From Bacteroidales bacterium (GTDB taxonomy: Bacteria > Bacteroidota > Bacteroidia > Bacteroidales > UBA7960), in assembly GCA_007131245.1 (NCBI GenBank), contig SLQX01000016.1, forward strand, positions 1 to 59,047: 59,047 nt of DNA. The letters run 5' to 3'. Position 1 is the first letter of the stretch; each line of letters starts with the position of its first letter. The notes under the pieces were generated by a model. That model searched no databases. It had not been told where the DNA came from and saw only the letters and a list, made by a program, of their open reading frames with translations. A program made the position numbers and the translations under genes. This document shows positions 1-10,605 of the stretch, one piece after another.

Positions 1-2
1 AA

Positions 3-1394
3 GACAAACCCAAAGATTTTAAGCAGGAAAACAAACAACACGAAAAATCTATACGGGCTAAAGATACCGACAAAAAAGCAGATAAAATAGCTAATCATCA
101 ATCCAAAAATCAGCAACAGAAAGAAAATCAACCATCTGCTGAAAAGCACCAACACACCCAAGTGGCCGAAACCACCCAAACAAACAACCAGCAGCAAGGC
201 AAAGATGGTCGTGATAAAGACAATCAGCAAAAGCAAAAGAACAATGAACGCCGCAACCAGGAACCAGTATATGAGTTTGACGGTATCATTACTGCCGAAG
301 GAGTACTGGAAATTATGCCTGACGGCTATGGCTTTTTGCGTTCCTCTGATTACAACTACCTGAACTCACCTGACGACATTTACGTTTCCCAAAGCCAGAT
401 TAAACTATTTGGGCTGAAAACCGGAGACACCATAAATGGAGGTATCAGGCCACCTAAAGAAAACGAAAAATATTTCCCTTTGATCAAAGTGGAAAAAATA
501 AATGGCCGTATTCCAGCAGAGGTTCGCGACCGGGTACCCTTCGATTTTCTTACACCGCTATTCCCTCAGGAAAAGTTTGAACTTACCGGACATGCGCAAA
601 GTAATATTTCCACCCGCTTAATTGATATGTTTGCCCCCATTGGCAAAGGACAACGTGGTCTCATTGTTGCACAACCCAAAACAGGTAAAACCATTCTCTT
701 ACAGGATGTAGCCAACGCCATTGCTGCAAACCACCCTGAGGCCTTTTTGATTGTTTTGCTCATAGATGAAAGACCGGAAGAAGTTACAGAGATGGCCCGC
801 AACGTTAAAGCGGAAGTGATTTCATCCACCTTTGATGAGCCCGCCGACCGACACGTAAAAGTTGCTAACATCGTTCTTGAAAAAGCGAAACGTATGGTTG
901 AATGTGGTCATGATGTTGTTATTCTGCTTGATTCCATTACCCGTCTTGCCAGGGCCTTTAACACCGTTGCCCCCGCTTCAGGCAAAGTACTTTCAGGTGG
1001 GGTTGATGCCAACGCCCTGCATAAACCTAAACGGTTTTTCGGTGCAGCCAGAAATATTGAAGATGGAGGTTCTCTTTCTATCATCGCAACTGCACTTACC
1101 GATACGGGTTCAAAGATGGATGAGGTTATTTTTGAAGAATTCAAAGGTACAGGTAATATGGAATTGCAGTTGGATCGCAGACTATCCAACAAACGTATAT
1201 TCCCATCCATTGATATCGTGGCTTCGGGAACCCGTAGAGAAGACCTGTTAATGGACAAAGAAATGATGAATCGCGTCTGGATTTTGCGTAAATTTATTGC
1301 TGATATGACGCCCCTGGAAACCATGGAGTTTTTAATGGACAAAGTCAAACATACTCAATCCAATGAAGAGTTCCTATTATCGATGAATGGATAA
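3..1394 (+). CDS. rho: Transcription termination factor Rho with long Q/N/K-rich N-terminal insertion (5'-partial)
   Basis: [18 protein letters not shown]-binding domain, P-loop [39 protein letters not shown]. The frame is open from base 3, so the true start lies upstream of the window. Confidence 0.98.
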   Translation, partial: DKPKDFKQENKQHEKSIRAKDTDKKADKIANHQSKNQQQKENQPSAEKHQHTQVAETTQTNNQQQGKDGRDKDNQQKQKNNERRNQEPVYEFDGIITAEGVLEIMPDGYGFLRSSDYNYLNSPDDIYVSQSQIKLFGLKTGDTINGGIRPPKENEKYFPLIKVEKINGRIPAEVRDRVPFDFLTPLFPQEKFELTGHAQSNISTRLIDMFAPIGKGQRGLIVAQPKTGKTILLQDVANAIAANHPEAFLIVLLIDERPEEVTEMARNVKAEVISSTFDEPADRHVKVANIVLEKAKRMVECGHDVVILLDSITRLARAFNTVAPASGKVLSGGVDANALHKPKRFFGAARNIEDGGSLSIIATALTDTGSKMDEVIFEEFKGTGNMELQLDRRLSNKRIFPSIDIVASGTRREDLLMDKEMMNRVWILRKFIADMTPLETMEFLMDKVKHTQSNEEFLLSMNG

Positions 1395-1446
1395 GGGATA
1401 CAGGTTCAGAAAGAGAATTCCTAATACATTCCCGGAACTCAAATTA

Positions 1447-1480
1447 CAAAGGGCTGCTAAAATGCAGCCCTTTGCTTTTT
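1447..1480. terminator. Intrinsic terminator, probably bidirectional, between convergent rho and copA
   Basis: CAAAGGGCTGC-taaaat-GCAGCCCTTTG perfect 11-bp stem followed by CTTTTT. Confidence 0.8.
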
Positions 1481-1592
1481 GCTTGATAACTACTCATAAA
1501 CCCAAATTTAACACCTATTTAACGATTTCCTTCCCGAACTGATAACTGTTGTTATCTCTAAATCATCTAAAGCCCTTAAAAGAGGCCCGGAA

Positions 1593-3737
1593 CTATTTTG
1601 AAGGAAGTCTCCTGCGCTTAAGCCTCAGTGAGTTTAATACAACAATTACATCAGACAATGCCATAGCTGCTGCAGCTATCATCGGACTTAGCAGTCCTAT
1701 CACTGCCAATGGTATAGCCATAACATTATAAATAAAGGCCCAGAATAAATTTTCCTTAATGGTTCGCCGGGTTACCCTGGCTGAACCAAAAGCCGTGGAA
1801 AGCAGTTCAAGATTACCTTTTAGCAATACCACGTCTGCAGATTTTACAGCCACCTGGGTACCCGTGCTCATGGCTATACCCACATAAGCTTTTGCCAATG
1901 CCGGGGCATCATTTATTCCATCCCCAACCATGGCCACTTTGTTTTGTGACGAAAGTTCTTCCACAATCCGGAGCTTTTCCTCGGGTCTTTTTTCGGCATA
2001 AACCTCTTCAATACCCAACTTCTGAGCAATATCCTGACATTTTTTCTCCCTGTCACCGCTGAGCAAAACTGTTTGTTTTCCACTGTTTTTAATATAATCA
2101 ATGGCTTTTCGGGCCTCAGGTTTTATCTCATCTTCTATGTCAAGCCATCCTATGAGATTTTCATTCATGGTTACGTAAATACTATGGGTACTGTCAGTGG
2201 TTAATGACTTCGCAACTTCATAAGAACCAACCCTGTAAATATTGCCCTCTTTGTCTGTGGCCGTCAGACCCAACCCTTTTTCTTCCTCGACTTTTTCAAA
2301 CCTGATTAGCGCTGCTCCTTTAAATTCTTGTACAATAGACTTGGCGATGGGGTGAGAGGAGTGTTTCTCAATACTATAGAGCAATGAAACAAGACTTTGC
2401 TGACTTTTACCGCCCATTGCTTCCAGATTACTTACACGAAACTTGCCCGTGGTAAGGGTTCCTGTTTTGTCAAAAATAACTTTTTCGATAACAGGGAGTT
2501 TATCAAATACGCTACCACCCTTGATTAGAATACCATTTTTGGCGGTACGGCCTAACCCTACGACTACAGCGGTGGGAATAGCCAAACCAAGAGCACACGG
2601 ACAGGCGATCACAAGAACAGCTACACCACGCATGAGCGCATCCCGAAAGGGCAAATCTGTACCCAGAAACCACCCCAGCCAGGTTGCCAGTGCAATAATT
2701 ACAACTGTTGGCACAAATACAGTACTAATCTTGTCGGCAAGGTTCTGCAACTGCGGTTTATCTTTTTGGGCATTCCGAACCATTTCTATGATTTGCGACA
2801 AGACAGTATCTTTACCGGTGGCAGTAGCTTTTACCTTTATATTACCGGTTTCAAGGATGGTTCCACCAATCACCTTATCCCCTTTAACCCTGTCAACAGG
2901 AATGCTCTCACCTGAAACCATCGATTCATCAATGCTCCCATAGCCCCAGTATATTTCACCATCAACCGGTACCTGATCCCCACTGTTTACAAGAAATAAA
3001 TCACCGGTTTGCAGCAGGGATGCGTCTACCTCTTCTATATATTCCTGCCCTTCGTTCATTTCCTGTGTAATACGTTTAGCTGATGTTTTCTGTAGACGGG
3101 TAAGTTCATCCACAGCCGATGTGGTTTTTTTGACAGAACGATGCTCCAACATATTACCAAGTAGCACAATACTAATGATACTTGCCGAAGTTTCGTAAAA
3201 CATATAATCAGGACCTAACCGGTAAAGGGTACCAATCAGGCTGTAAACAAAAGCTGCGGTTGATCCCATAAATATCAACACATCCATATTAGTAACCCCA
3301 GCCTTAAGACTATTGTAAGCACTTTTGCCAAAATGCCAGAACCCAACTGCAAAAACAGGGAGGGTTAATGCCAGCTGAAAATAGTCATTGTGCAGCAGAT
3401 CAAAAGGCACAAACATGGCTAGAATAAGAGGTACAGTGAAAATAGCCGTAAAATAGAACTTTTTTTCAATGGTGCTTAATCCCTTCCGACGCGGCTGTTC
3501 ACTTTCATGGCCATCTTTTCGACGGGTCACCTTATACCCCAGGTTTTCTATGGTTTTGACCGCAACCGAAAAGGAGTTTTCGTCCCCGGCTTCAAAACGA
3601 ACATCATCGGTGGTAAAATCTGCATCAACATTTTTGAAACCTTGCTTCTCAAGAGCTTTTTTAATACCTAAAGTGCAGTTGGTACAGCTCATCCCCTCCA
3701 CTTTCAATTCAACCACATGTAAAGCATTATTTTTCAT
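1593..3737 (-). CDS. copA: Heavy-metal P1B-type ATPase, Cu(I)-type
   Basis: N-terminal GMSCTNC HMA motif, SGES, ACPCALG, DKTGT, SSHP, GDGINDAPAL, YN and MxxS in the last helices. Confidence 0.9.
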   Translation of the reverse strand: MKNNALHVVELKVEGMSCTNCTLGIKKALEKQGFKNVDADFTTDDVRFEAGDENSFSVAVKTIENLGYKVTRRKDGHESEQPRRKGLSTIEKKFYFTAIFTVPLILAMFVPFDLLHNDYFQLALTLPVFAVGFWHFGKSAYNSLKAGVTNMDVLIFMGSTAAFVYSLIGTLYRLGPDYMFYETSASIISIVLLGNMLEHRSVKKTTSAVDELTRLQKTSAKRITQEMNEGQEYIEEVDASLLQTGDLFLVNSGDQVPVDGEIYWGYGSIDESMVSGESIPVDRVKGDKVIGGTILETGNIKVKATATGKDTVLSQIIEMVRNAQKDKPQLQNLADKISTVFVPTVVIIALATWLGWFLGTDLPFRDALMRGVAVLVIACPCALGLAIPTAVVVGLGRTAKNGILIKGGSVFDKLPVIEKVIFDKTGTLTTGKFRVSNLEAMGGKSQQSLVSLLYSIEKHSSHPIAKSIVQEFKGAALIRFEKVEEEKGLGLTATDKEGNIYRVGSYEVAKSLTTDSTHSIYVTMNENLIGWLDIEDEIKPEARKAIDYIKNSGKQTVLLSGDREKKCQDIAQKLGIEEVYAEKRPEEKLRIVEELSSQNKVAMVGDGINDAPALAKAYVGIAMSTGTQVAVKSADVVLLKGNLELLSTAFGSARVTRRTIKENLFWAFIYNVMAIPLAVIGLLSPMIAAAAMALSDVIVVLNSLRLKRRRLPSK

Positions 3738-3857
3738 ATATTTAATTTGTTTGAAAACGTATTATGTACTTAAATACCTATATTTGAAACAACTTACAAA
3801 ATAAAGAGTTCGATACTTAAACAATTATAACACAACAAATCTTTACCTCAAAAGATT

Positions 3858-3865
3858 TAACTTTG
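3858..3865 (+). promoter_or_regulatory. Bacteroidota sigma-A -7 element
   Basis: TAACTTTG matches TAnnTTTG just upstream of the DUF1460 gene. Confidence 0.5.
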
Positions 3866-3866
3866 T

Positions 3867-4826
3867 TTGTACATGAAAAATCCATTTAGCATGGCAAACT
3901 CCTTGCCCGTTAAAAATATTTTCCTCCTGGCCTGGATCCTGTTTTCAGGATATGCCTGCTCAGGAAATAAGTCTGACAGTGAAAGACAGATGGATTCTTT
4001 CTCTGTTCCATTTTGTCATTCTATTGCCCCAACGGAAATCTTAACATCGACACAAGACAGTTTGTTGTACCACCAGTTCATCAATCATGAGATGGAGGTT
4101 GTTGAGGGAAAACCAGCAATTGCAGACCAAATCATACATGTTGCCAGGCTTTTTAAATCCACACCCTATGTAGCATCCACCCTTGAGGTTACCGATAAAG
4201 AACAACTTGTTATAAACCTGGGCGAATTGGACTGCACCACTTTTGTTGAATATGTGCTGGCCATAAGCCTGGCGTCACATTACCAGCAAACAAACTTTGA
4301 AGACTTTTCCAGGATAATTACCTGCCTGAGATACAGAGATGGTATTATTGATGAGTATCCTTCCAGATTGCATTATTTTACGGAGTGGCTGCAGCAGCAT
4401 GTAAAAAACGGACTGCTGGAGTTAACCAGTGACAAACTAGGCAGTAAACCTTTTAATACCGAGGTTAGCTTTATGAGCTCGAACCCTCATTTATATCAAC
4501 AATTGGATAATCCCGATTTTATTGAAGAAATCAAGAAAGTGGAAAAAAGAATTTCATCTTTTACCATGAACTACATCCCCAAAGATGAGATTTCAGAGTT
4601 GGAAAACAAAATTATGGATGGCGACATCATTGCTTTTACTACTGATATACCCGGCCTGGATGTATCACATAATGGGTTTGCCTATCATCACAAAGGTCGT
4701 TTACACTTGCTTCATGCTTCCACCCGCAAGGACATGGTTGAAATAACACCGATTCCTTTAAGCCGTTATATTGCCCCCATGGCCAATGTAACAGGAATTT
4801 TGGTGGCAAGGCTTACCCCCGGGTAA
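3867..4826 (+). CDS. DUF1460 family N-acetylmuramoyl-L-alanine amidase-like (NlpC/P60 superfamily) lipoprotein
   Basis: LDCTTFVE catalytic Cys, RLHYFTEW, DVSHNG, LLHAS, lipobox-like SGYAC. The true start is probably ATG 3873 or 3891. Confidence 0.85.
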   Translation: MYMKNPFSMANSLPVKNIFLLAWILFSGYACSGNKSDSERQMDSFSVPFCHSIAPTEILTSTQDSLLYHQFINHEMEVVEGKPAIADQIIHVARLFKSTPYVASTLEVTDKEQLVINLGELDCTTFVEYVLAISLASHYQQTNFEDFSRIITCLRYRDGIIDEYPSRLHYFTEWLQQHVKNGLLELTSDKLGSKPFNTEVSFMSSNPHLYQQLDNPDFIEEIKKVEKRISSFTMNYIPKDEISELENKIMDGDIIAFTTDIPGLDVSHNGFAYHHKGRLHLLHASTRKDMVEITPIPLSRYIAPMANVTGILVARLTPG

Positions 4827-4888
4827 CTAATCGAAAGGTGAGCCCCACAAAATCGGGCTTCATTTCCCAGGTAAATATGTAATTTATA

Positions 4889-5905
4889 TCAGTCGGAGTA
4901 CCTGGTATAGGGTGTAACTTGCTGGTGGGCAAAATCTCCCTCCTGGAACTTATAATACCCGGCCATTGCAATCATAGCTGCATTATCGGTACTGTATTCA
5001 AACTTTGGGATATAAACCTTCCAGCCCGACTGTTCCTGCTCCTGGAGCATGGTCTGTCGCAGGCCTGAGTTGGCTGATACACCTCCTGCGATAGCCACAT
5101 GCCTGATCCCTGTTTGCTGTGCTGCTTTTCTCAGCTTATTCATCAGTATTTCAATGATGGTATACTGTACAGAGGCACTGATATCCTCTTTATTTTCTTC
5201 AATATACTGGGGGTTTTTCTTTAATTGGTCACGCAGATAATAAAGCACCGACGTTTTGAGTCCACTGAAAGAAAAATTCAGTTCAGGTATTTTGGGATGT
5301 GGAAATGGAATGGCATGCGGATTGCCTTTTTTAGCCAGTTTATCGATAAGAGGTCCTCCCGGATAAGGAAGTCCCATAATCTTTGCGGCTTTATCAAAAG
5401 TTTCACCTGCCGCATCATCGATCGTCTGACCAATAACTTCCATTTGAAAATGATTCTTTACAAGCACTATTTGGGTATGGCCGCCGGAGACTGTAAGACA
5501 TAGAAACGGGAACTCAGGTTTTTGAGGTTGCTGCGGATCCTCTATAAAATGAGCAAGGATGTGCGCATGCATATGATTCACCTCGATAAGAGGAATACCC
5601 AGAGCCATAGAAAAAGACTTGGCAAAGGATGCACCTACCAGCAAGGACCCCAACAAGCCAGGACCATTGGTAAATGCTACTGCATGAAGTTGATTTTTGT
5701 GTATCTTTGCAGCATCCAAAGCTTTATGAATGACTGGAATGATGTTTTGCTGATGTGCCCGGGATGCCAGCTCAGGAACCACACCACCATAAAATTTGTG
5801 AACTTCCTGATTTGCAATAACATTGGCAAGAATTTTGTTGTCTCTCAATACTGCCGCTGAAGTATCATCACAGGAAGACTCAATTCCCAGAATATAGGTT
5901 TCCAT
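4889..5905 (-). CDS. tsaD: tRNA N6-adenosine threonylcarbamoyltransferase TsaD
   Basis: ILGIESSCDDT, GGVVPELASRAH, HMHAH, VSGGHT, DDAAGETFDK, FSFSGLKT, TDNAAMIA. Confidence 0.98.
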   Translation of the reverse strand: METYILGIESSCDDTSAAVLRDNKILANVIANQEVHKFYGGVVPELASRAHQQNIIPVIHKALDAAKIHKNQLHAVAFTNGPGLLGSLLVGASFAKSFSMALGIPLIEVNHMHAHILAHFIEDPQQPQKPEFPFLCLTVSGGHTQIVLVKNHFQMEVIGQTIDDAAGETFDKAAKIMGLPYPGGPLIDKLAKKGNPHAIPFPHPKIPELNFSFSGLKTSVLYYLRDQLKKNPQYIEENKEDISASVQYTIIEILMNKLRKAAQQTGIRHVAIAGGVSANSGLRQTMLQEQEQSGWKVYIPKFEYSTDNAAMIAMAGYYKFQEGDFAHQQVTPYTRYSD

Positions 5906-5957
5906 GAAGTTAAAACAGTTGTTTTGTGTAATTTTTTTTGTTCCAAAAATAGGGAGG

Positions 5958-5965
5958 CAAAGTTA
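5958..5965 (-). promoter_or_regulatory. Sigma-A -7 element for tsaD
   Basis: TAACTTTG on the minus strand about 50 nt upstream of the tsaD ATG. Confidence 0.6.
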
Positions 5966-6003
5966 TTAAAAAAACAGGTCGCATAATACTACTTACATCT
6001 TTT

Positions 6004-9000
6004 GTGATGTTTCTCATCCCAACGGTAATGTATTTCACATTCCGTTCTCCCGCCGTACAAACCTATTTGGCTAATAAAGCAGCGGAGTATCTATCGCGTG
6101 AGCTTGATGCTAAAGTAAGCGTGGGTGGTGTTAACATTACCTACACCATGAATATCGTGCTTGAAGACCTTGCCCTTGAAGACCAAAGAGGAGAGCCCCT
6201 GCTTGCAACCCAAAAAATTGAATTTGACATTAGCCATATTTCCTTTTCAAACCGAACCCTTAATATCAATAAACTTTTATTTGATCAGGCCCTGCTTTAT
6301 ATCACTGAGTATGAAGATGAAAATCTTCACAACTTCCAGTTTATTTTAGATTATTTCCAGGCTGATAAGCAGGATACAGATACGATAACATTACCCAACT
6401 GGGACGTATCGGTTCGTTCGTTTGAATTTGCACAATCCGGTCTTTGGTATAAAAACCATAATCAGCAAGATTCAGACTTTGGTTTTAATCAGAGTAACTT
6501 TGTTGTGGATAACTTTTACATCGACATAGAAGATATTTTCTTTGAAGATGAAATATTTATGGCATCCCTGGTAAACCTCTCGCTGGGCGAATCCAATGGT
6601 TTTAGCCTTAATAAAGTCACTGCAGACATATTTTTATCTCCCCTTGGCGGACACATTAATAACTTTGAATTAAACACTGCACTCAGTCAGGTAAAGATGG
6701 ATGTGGCTTTGGACTATAACTCCTACAATAGCTTCAGACATTTTGCCGATTCCGTTGATTTTGATATCGAACTCCAAGCTTCTGATTTAGATCTTTATGA
6801 AATTGGCTATTTTATTCCGCAGGCATATGGTATTGAAGGCCTTACCAGGGTTGAGGGAAATTTCAGTGGCCAACTAAGCAATTTGCAAGCATCTGATGTG
6901 TATATGCGTTATGGCAATATGACACAGTTTACAGGTGATTTTGATATTACAGGATTGCCGGATAAGGAAAATGCTTTTATGAACTTTTCAGTTGACCACC
7001 TCATCACCCATAAAAAGGACATTGAACAGTTTCGCCTGCCGGGAGAAAAAACTGCATACCTGGAACTACCCCCCGAATTTGAAAGCCTGGGGGTAACATC
7101 TTTTAGAGGAAATTTCACCGGTTTTTTACATGATTTTGCCGCTTCAGGAAATATTCAGTCAGCCCTTGGTGAAATTTCTGCTGATTTGGCAATTACCAGC
7201 AGCGACAATTTTGAAAATGTGGTTTATGAGGGTAATTTGGCAACCAATGAATTTCGGCTCGGTCTTTTTACAGGTAACACCAGTTGGGGAAGAATCACTT
7301 TTGATACGCATATTTCAGGCAGTGGGCTAACCCTTGAGGATGCAGACATGGATATGACAGGCCGGGTTAAGTCTATGGTTTTTAATAAATATGAGTACAG
7401 AAATATTGATGTAAATGGACGTTTTTACAATAAACGTTTTAATGGTAACCTGCTTATTGATGACCCAAACTTGCTGGTGAACTTCAACGGCCTGGTAGAT
7501 TTTCATGAAGATATCCCACTACTCAACTTCACCCTGGAGCTGGAACGGGCCAACCTGACTCAGCTCAATCTTTACCAGAGAGACAGCCTTTTCCATAGCC
7601 TTGTATCCACAGTTGTACACGTAGATGGCAAAGGCAGTAACCTTGACAACATGGAGGGTGATGTAATTGCTTACCAAAGTAGCTATTACGAAAAGGCCAT
7701 TGAACCTTCTGATACGATAATTGAGCAAGCGTATCATACCGATGTGATTGCCCTTGAAAATCATAATTTACCCAATGACCACAAGTTGGTAAGATTTTAC
7801 TCCGATTTTGCAGATTTTCGTATGGAAGGGAATATTAATTTTGAAAATATTGTTCAATCTTTTCAGCAAATGGCATATACTTATGCACCGGCCCGTTTCC
7901 GGAATCCACCTCCGGAAAATAACAATGGCGAAAGGTACATCCAAACAGCTAATTTTGAAATTCATTTAAAAAATACGGAACCCATAACAGCTATTTTCTG
8001 GCCTGCCATTCGTATAGCACCACATACTTTTCTAAATGGTAACATTGATACCCAAAATAGTTCGATTGCTTTAAACGGGGATATCGATTATATATCCCTG
8101 GGCAATCGCAATATTCAAAACCTATCACTCAAGTTGCACTCTGATACAACAGAACTATTGCTTACCACCCAAAGCGACCGATTTTTGCTATCAGACAGCA
8201 TCTGGATGGATCGTTTTACATTTTCAGGAAAAGTTGCCAGTGACAGTATTACTGTGACCTCAGAATGGGAAAACCATCAATCACGAAATAAGAACTACGG
8301 ACAAGTCAATGCTAAAGGAAATTTTATTTCCCCGAATTTTACCCAATTCAGCATCATGCCCTCAAGGGCCTATATCAATGATTCGCTCTGGACCATAAGG
8401 CCTGGCAACCAGATTACTCTTGACTCAACATCCATTGCTATTGAAAACTTTTTTCTATACAAAAACGATGAAGATTTAAAAGTTGACGGAGTGTTGAGTG
8501 ACAGCCCAGAGGATCAGTTGCTTTTGGAACTGAATAACTTTGACCTAAAGAGTTTTGCTTTTTTACTTGGTGACAGAAAGCTTGATTTTGCGGGTTTTGC
8601 CAGCGGTAAAGTAAACCTCTCCACACTCAATCATTCTCCCAGCATCACGGCCAATATGCTGGTCAAAGACTTTGCCTTTAACCACGATCATTTGGGTGAT
8701 CTCTCTGTTGAAAGTAACTGGGATGCCAATGAGAACGCTTTTAAAGTAGGTGCTGAGGTGATTTATTACGGCAATGTTGGGTACAACAAGCCCATCATAG
8801 TCAATGGCTACTTTTACCCTGAACGGGAAGATGATAATTTTGATCTGGACATAAAAATTGAAAACCTCAAAATGTCTGTTTTTGGCAGATATATGGAAAG
8901 TTTTACCTCGAACTTCAGGGGGCTGGCATCAGGCAACCTAAGGCTCGATGGACCTGTGGAACAACCCGAACTCACAGGAAGAGCCCGGCTGGTAAGAACG

Positions 9001-10512
9001 GGGTTCAGGGTCGATTACCTGAATACGTCCTACTCTTTTGCCCATGAAGTTGAAGTGGGTAAAGACTATTTCAAGCTGGACAACCTCACTCTTAACGACA
9101 CCATTGGAAATACGGCCAATGTATCGGGAGTTATCAGACATACCAACTTTAACAACTTCAGCCTTGACCTTAGTATTTGGCCCGACAGGATGGTGGTACT
9201 TAACACCATGCCCCACCATAATAATTCCTTTTATGGCACAGCCTTTGCCACAGGCCTTGCCCGTATTCACGGTCCCGTTAATGATATCACCCTGGACATT
9301 TCTGCTCTAACCAACAGGGGCACACGTATTTCACTACCCCTGGATTATGACGGTTTAATGACAGAGTCAAGCTTTATTACTTTTGTAGCCCCCCAGGATA
9401 AAGCAAACGGTAATCAACAGATAGAAATCCCGCAAACACAAATACAGGGGTTAACCATGAATTTCGACCTGGAAATAACACCTGATGCCGAAGTGCAAAT
9501 CATTTTTGACTCGCAGATTGGTGACATAATGCGCGGACGTGGTTTTGGTGACCTAAAGTTTGAGTTGGATAACCAGGGGGGCTTTAATATATACGGGGAT
9601 TATACACTGGAGGACGGAGATTACCTTTTCACTCTGCAAAACCTTATCAACAAAAGGTTTCGAATGGAGCAGGGAGGCACCATCAGCTGGAGAGGAGACC
9701 CTTATAATGCAGAAATTGATATTCGTACCATATATTCACTGAGAACCACTCTACATGATTTGGCCATGAACCAGGCAGACACAGCTGATATCTACCAGCG
9801 AAGAGTTCCCGTTGAGACGGTGCTCCACCTTACTGAAAACCTTTCTAACCCGTCCATTAATTTTGAAATACAACTTCCCTCAGCTGATGAAAGTGCACGC
9901 GAGATGCTGGACAGACTTATTACCACCGAACAGGAGATGAACAGGCAGGTTTTTTCCTTGCTGATTCTCAACCGGTTTGTTCCTCCCGACGATTCTTTTA
10001 ATACAGCATTGGGTTACGGAATGGGGTCAACCTCTACAGAGCTCCTTAGCAACCAACTCAGCAACTGGCTGTCGCAAATCAGTTCTGATTTTGATATTGG
10101 GGTCAATTACAGACCGGGAGATGAAATCAGCAGCCAGGAAATTGAAGTAGCACTTTCCACCCAACTGTTTGACGACAGGGTGATTATAGACGGAAATGTG
10201 GGTGTAGCCGGGGATCATCCTGCTCAGACACAAAGAGCAAGTAATATCATCGGCGACGTAAATGTGGAGGTAAAAATAACCCCTGAAGGAAAATTCAGGG
10301 TAAAAGCATTTAACCGGTCAAACACCTTTGACATTATTAATACCAATGCTCCTTACACCCAGGGTGTAGGCGTATTTTACAGACGGGAATTTGACAGTTT
10401 AAGTGACCTTTTCCGCAAGCAGAAAAGGTCATCATTGGATATCCCTGAAGTACAGACAGTACAGGAGGATTTTGAAAGCACTGACATATCACCGTTAACG
10501 CCCGGTGAGTAA
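6004..10512 (+). CDS. tamB: Translocation/assembly module TamB (AsmA-like, DUF490), paralogue 1; true start probably ATT 5965
   Basis: N-terminal anchor followed by SPAVQT, long beta-rich body, C-terminal DUF490 (GTISWRGDPYNA, QVFSLLILNRF, YTQGVGVFYRREF), divergent from tsaD. Confidence 0.9.
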   Translation: MMFLIPTVMYFTFRSPAVQTYLANKAAEYLSRELDAKVSVGGVNITYTMNIVLEDLALEDQRGEPLLATQKIEFDISHISFSNRTLNINKLLFDQALLYITEYEDENLHNFQFILDYFQADKQDTDTITLPNWDVSVRSFEFAQSGLWYKNHNQQDSDFGFNQSNFVVDNFYIDIEDIFFEDEIFMASLVNLSLGESNGFSLNKVTADIFLSPLGGHINNFELNTALSQVKMDVALDYNSYNSFRHFADSVDFDIELQASDLDLYEIGYFIPQAYGIEGLTRVEGNFSGQLSNLQASDVYMRYGNMTQFTGDFDITGLPDKENAFMNFSVDHLITHKKDIEQFRLPGEKTAYLELPPEFESLGVTSFRGNFTGFLHDFAASGNIQSALGEISADLAITSSDNFENVVYEGNLATNEFRLGLFTGNTSWGRITFDTHISGSGLTLEDADMDMTGRVKSMVFNKYEYRNIDVNGRFYNKRFNGNLLIDDPNLLVNFNGLVDFHEDIPLLNFTLELERANLTQLNLYQRDSLFHSLVSTVVHVDGKGSNLDNMEGDVIAYQSSYYEKAIEPSDTIIEQAYHTDVIALENHNLPNDHKLVRFYSDFADFRMEGNINFENIVQSFQQMAYTYAPARFRNPPPENNNGERYIQTANFEIHLKNTEPITAIFWPAIRIAPHTFLNGNIDTQNSSIALNGDIDYISLGNRNIQNLSLKLHSDTTELLLTTQSDRFLLSDSIWMDRFTFSGKVASDSITVTSEWENHQSRNKNYGQVNAKGNFISPNFTQFSIMPSRAYINDSLWTIRPGNQITLDSTSIAIENFFLYKNDEDLKVDGVLSDSPEDQLLLELNNFDLKSFAFLLGDRKLDFAGFASGKVNLSTLNHSPSITANMLVKDFAFNHDHLGDLSVESNWDANENAFKVGAEVIYYGNVGYNKPIIVNGYFYPEREDDNFDLDIKIENLKMSVFGRYMESFTSNFRGLASGNLRLDGPVEQPELTGRARLVRTGFRVDYLNTSYSFAHEVEVGKDYFKLDNLTLNDTIGNTANVSGVIRHTNFNNFSLDLSIWPDRMVVLNTMPHHNNSFYGTAFATGLARIHGPVNDITLDISALTNRGTRISLPLDYDGLMTESSFITFVAPQDKANGNQQIEIPQTQIQGLTMNFDLEITPDAEVQIIFDSQIGDIMRGRGFGDLKFELDNQGGFNIYGDYTLEDGDYLFTLQNLINKRFRMEQGGTISWRGDPYNAEIDIRTIYSLRTTLHDLAMNQADTADIYQRRVPVETVLHLTENLSNPSINFEIQLPSADESAREMLDRLITTEQEMNRQVFSLLILNRFVPPDDSFNTALGYGMGSTSTELLSNQLSNWLSQISSDFDIGVNYRPGDEISSQEIEVALSTQLFDDRVIIDGNVGVAGDHPAQTQRASNIIGDVNVEVKITPEGKFRVKAFNRSNTFDIINTNAPYTQGVGVFYRREFDSLSDLFRKQKRSSLDIPEVQTVQEDFESTDISPLTPGE

Positions 10513-10605
10513 ATACCATACAAACATTTAACAAATCAATATATCACCTGCCAACAAATAATATACCTCTAAATACCTGAACCACCATTGTCAGTTTTCC
10601 GGATG

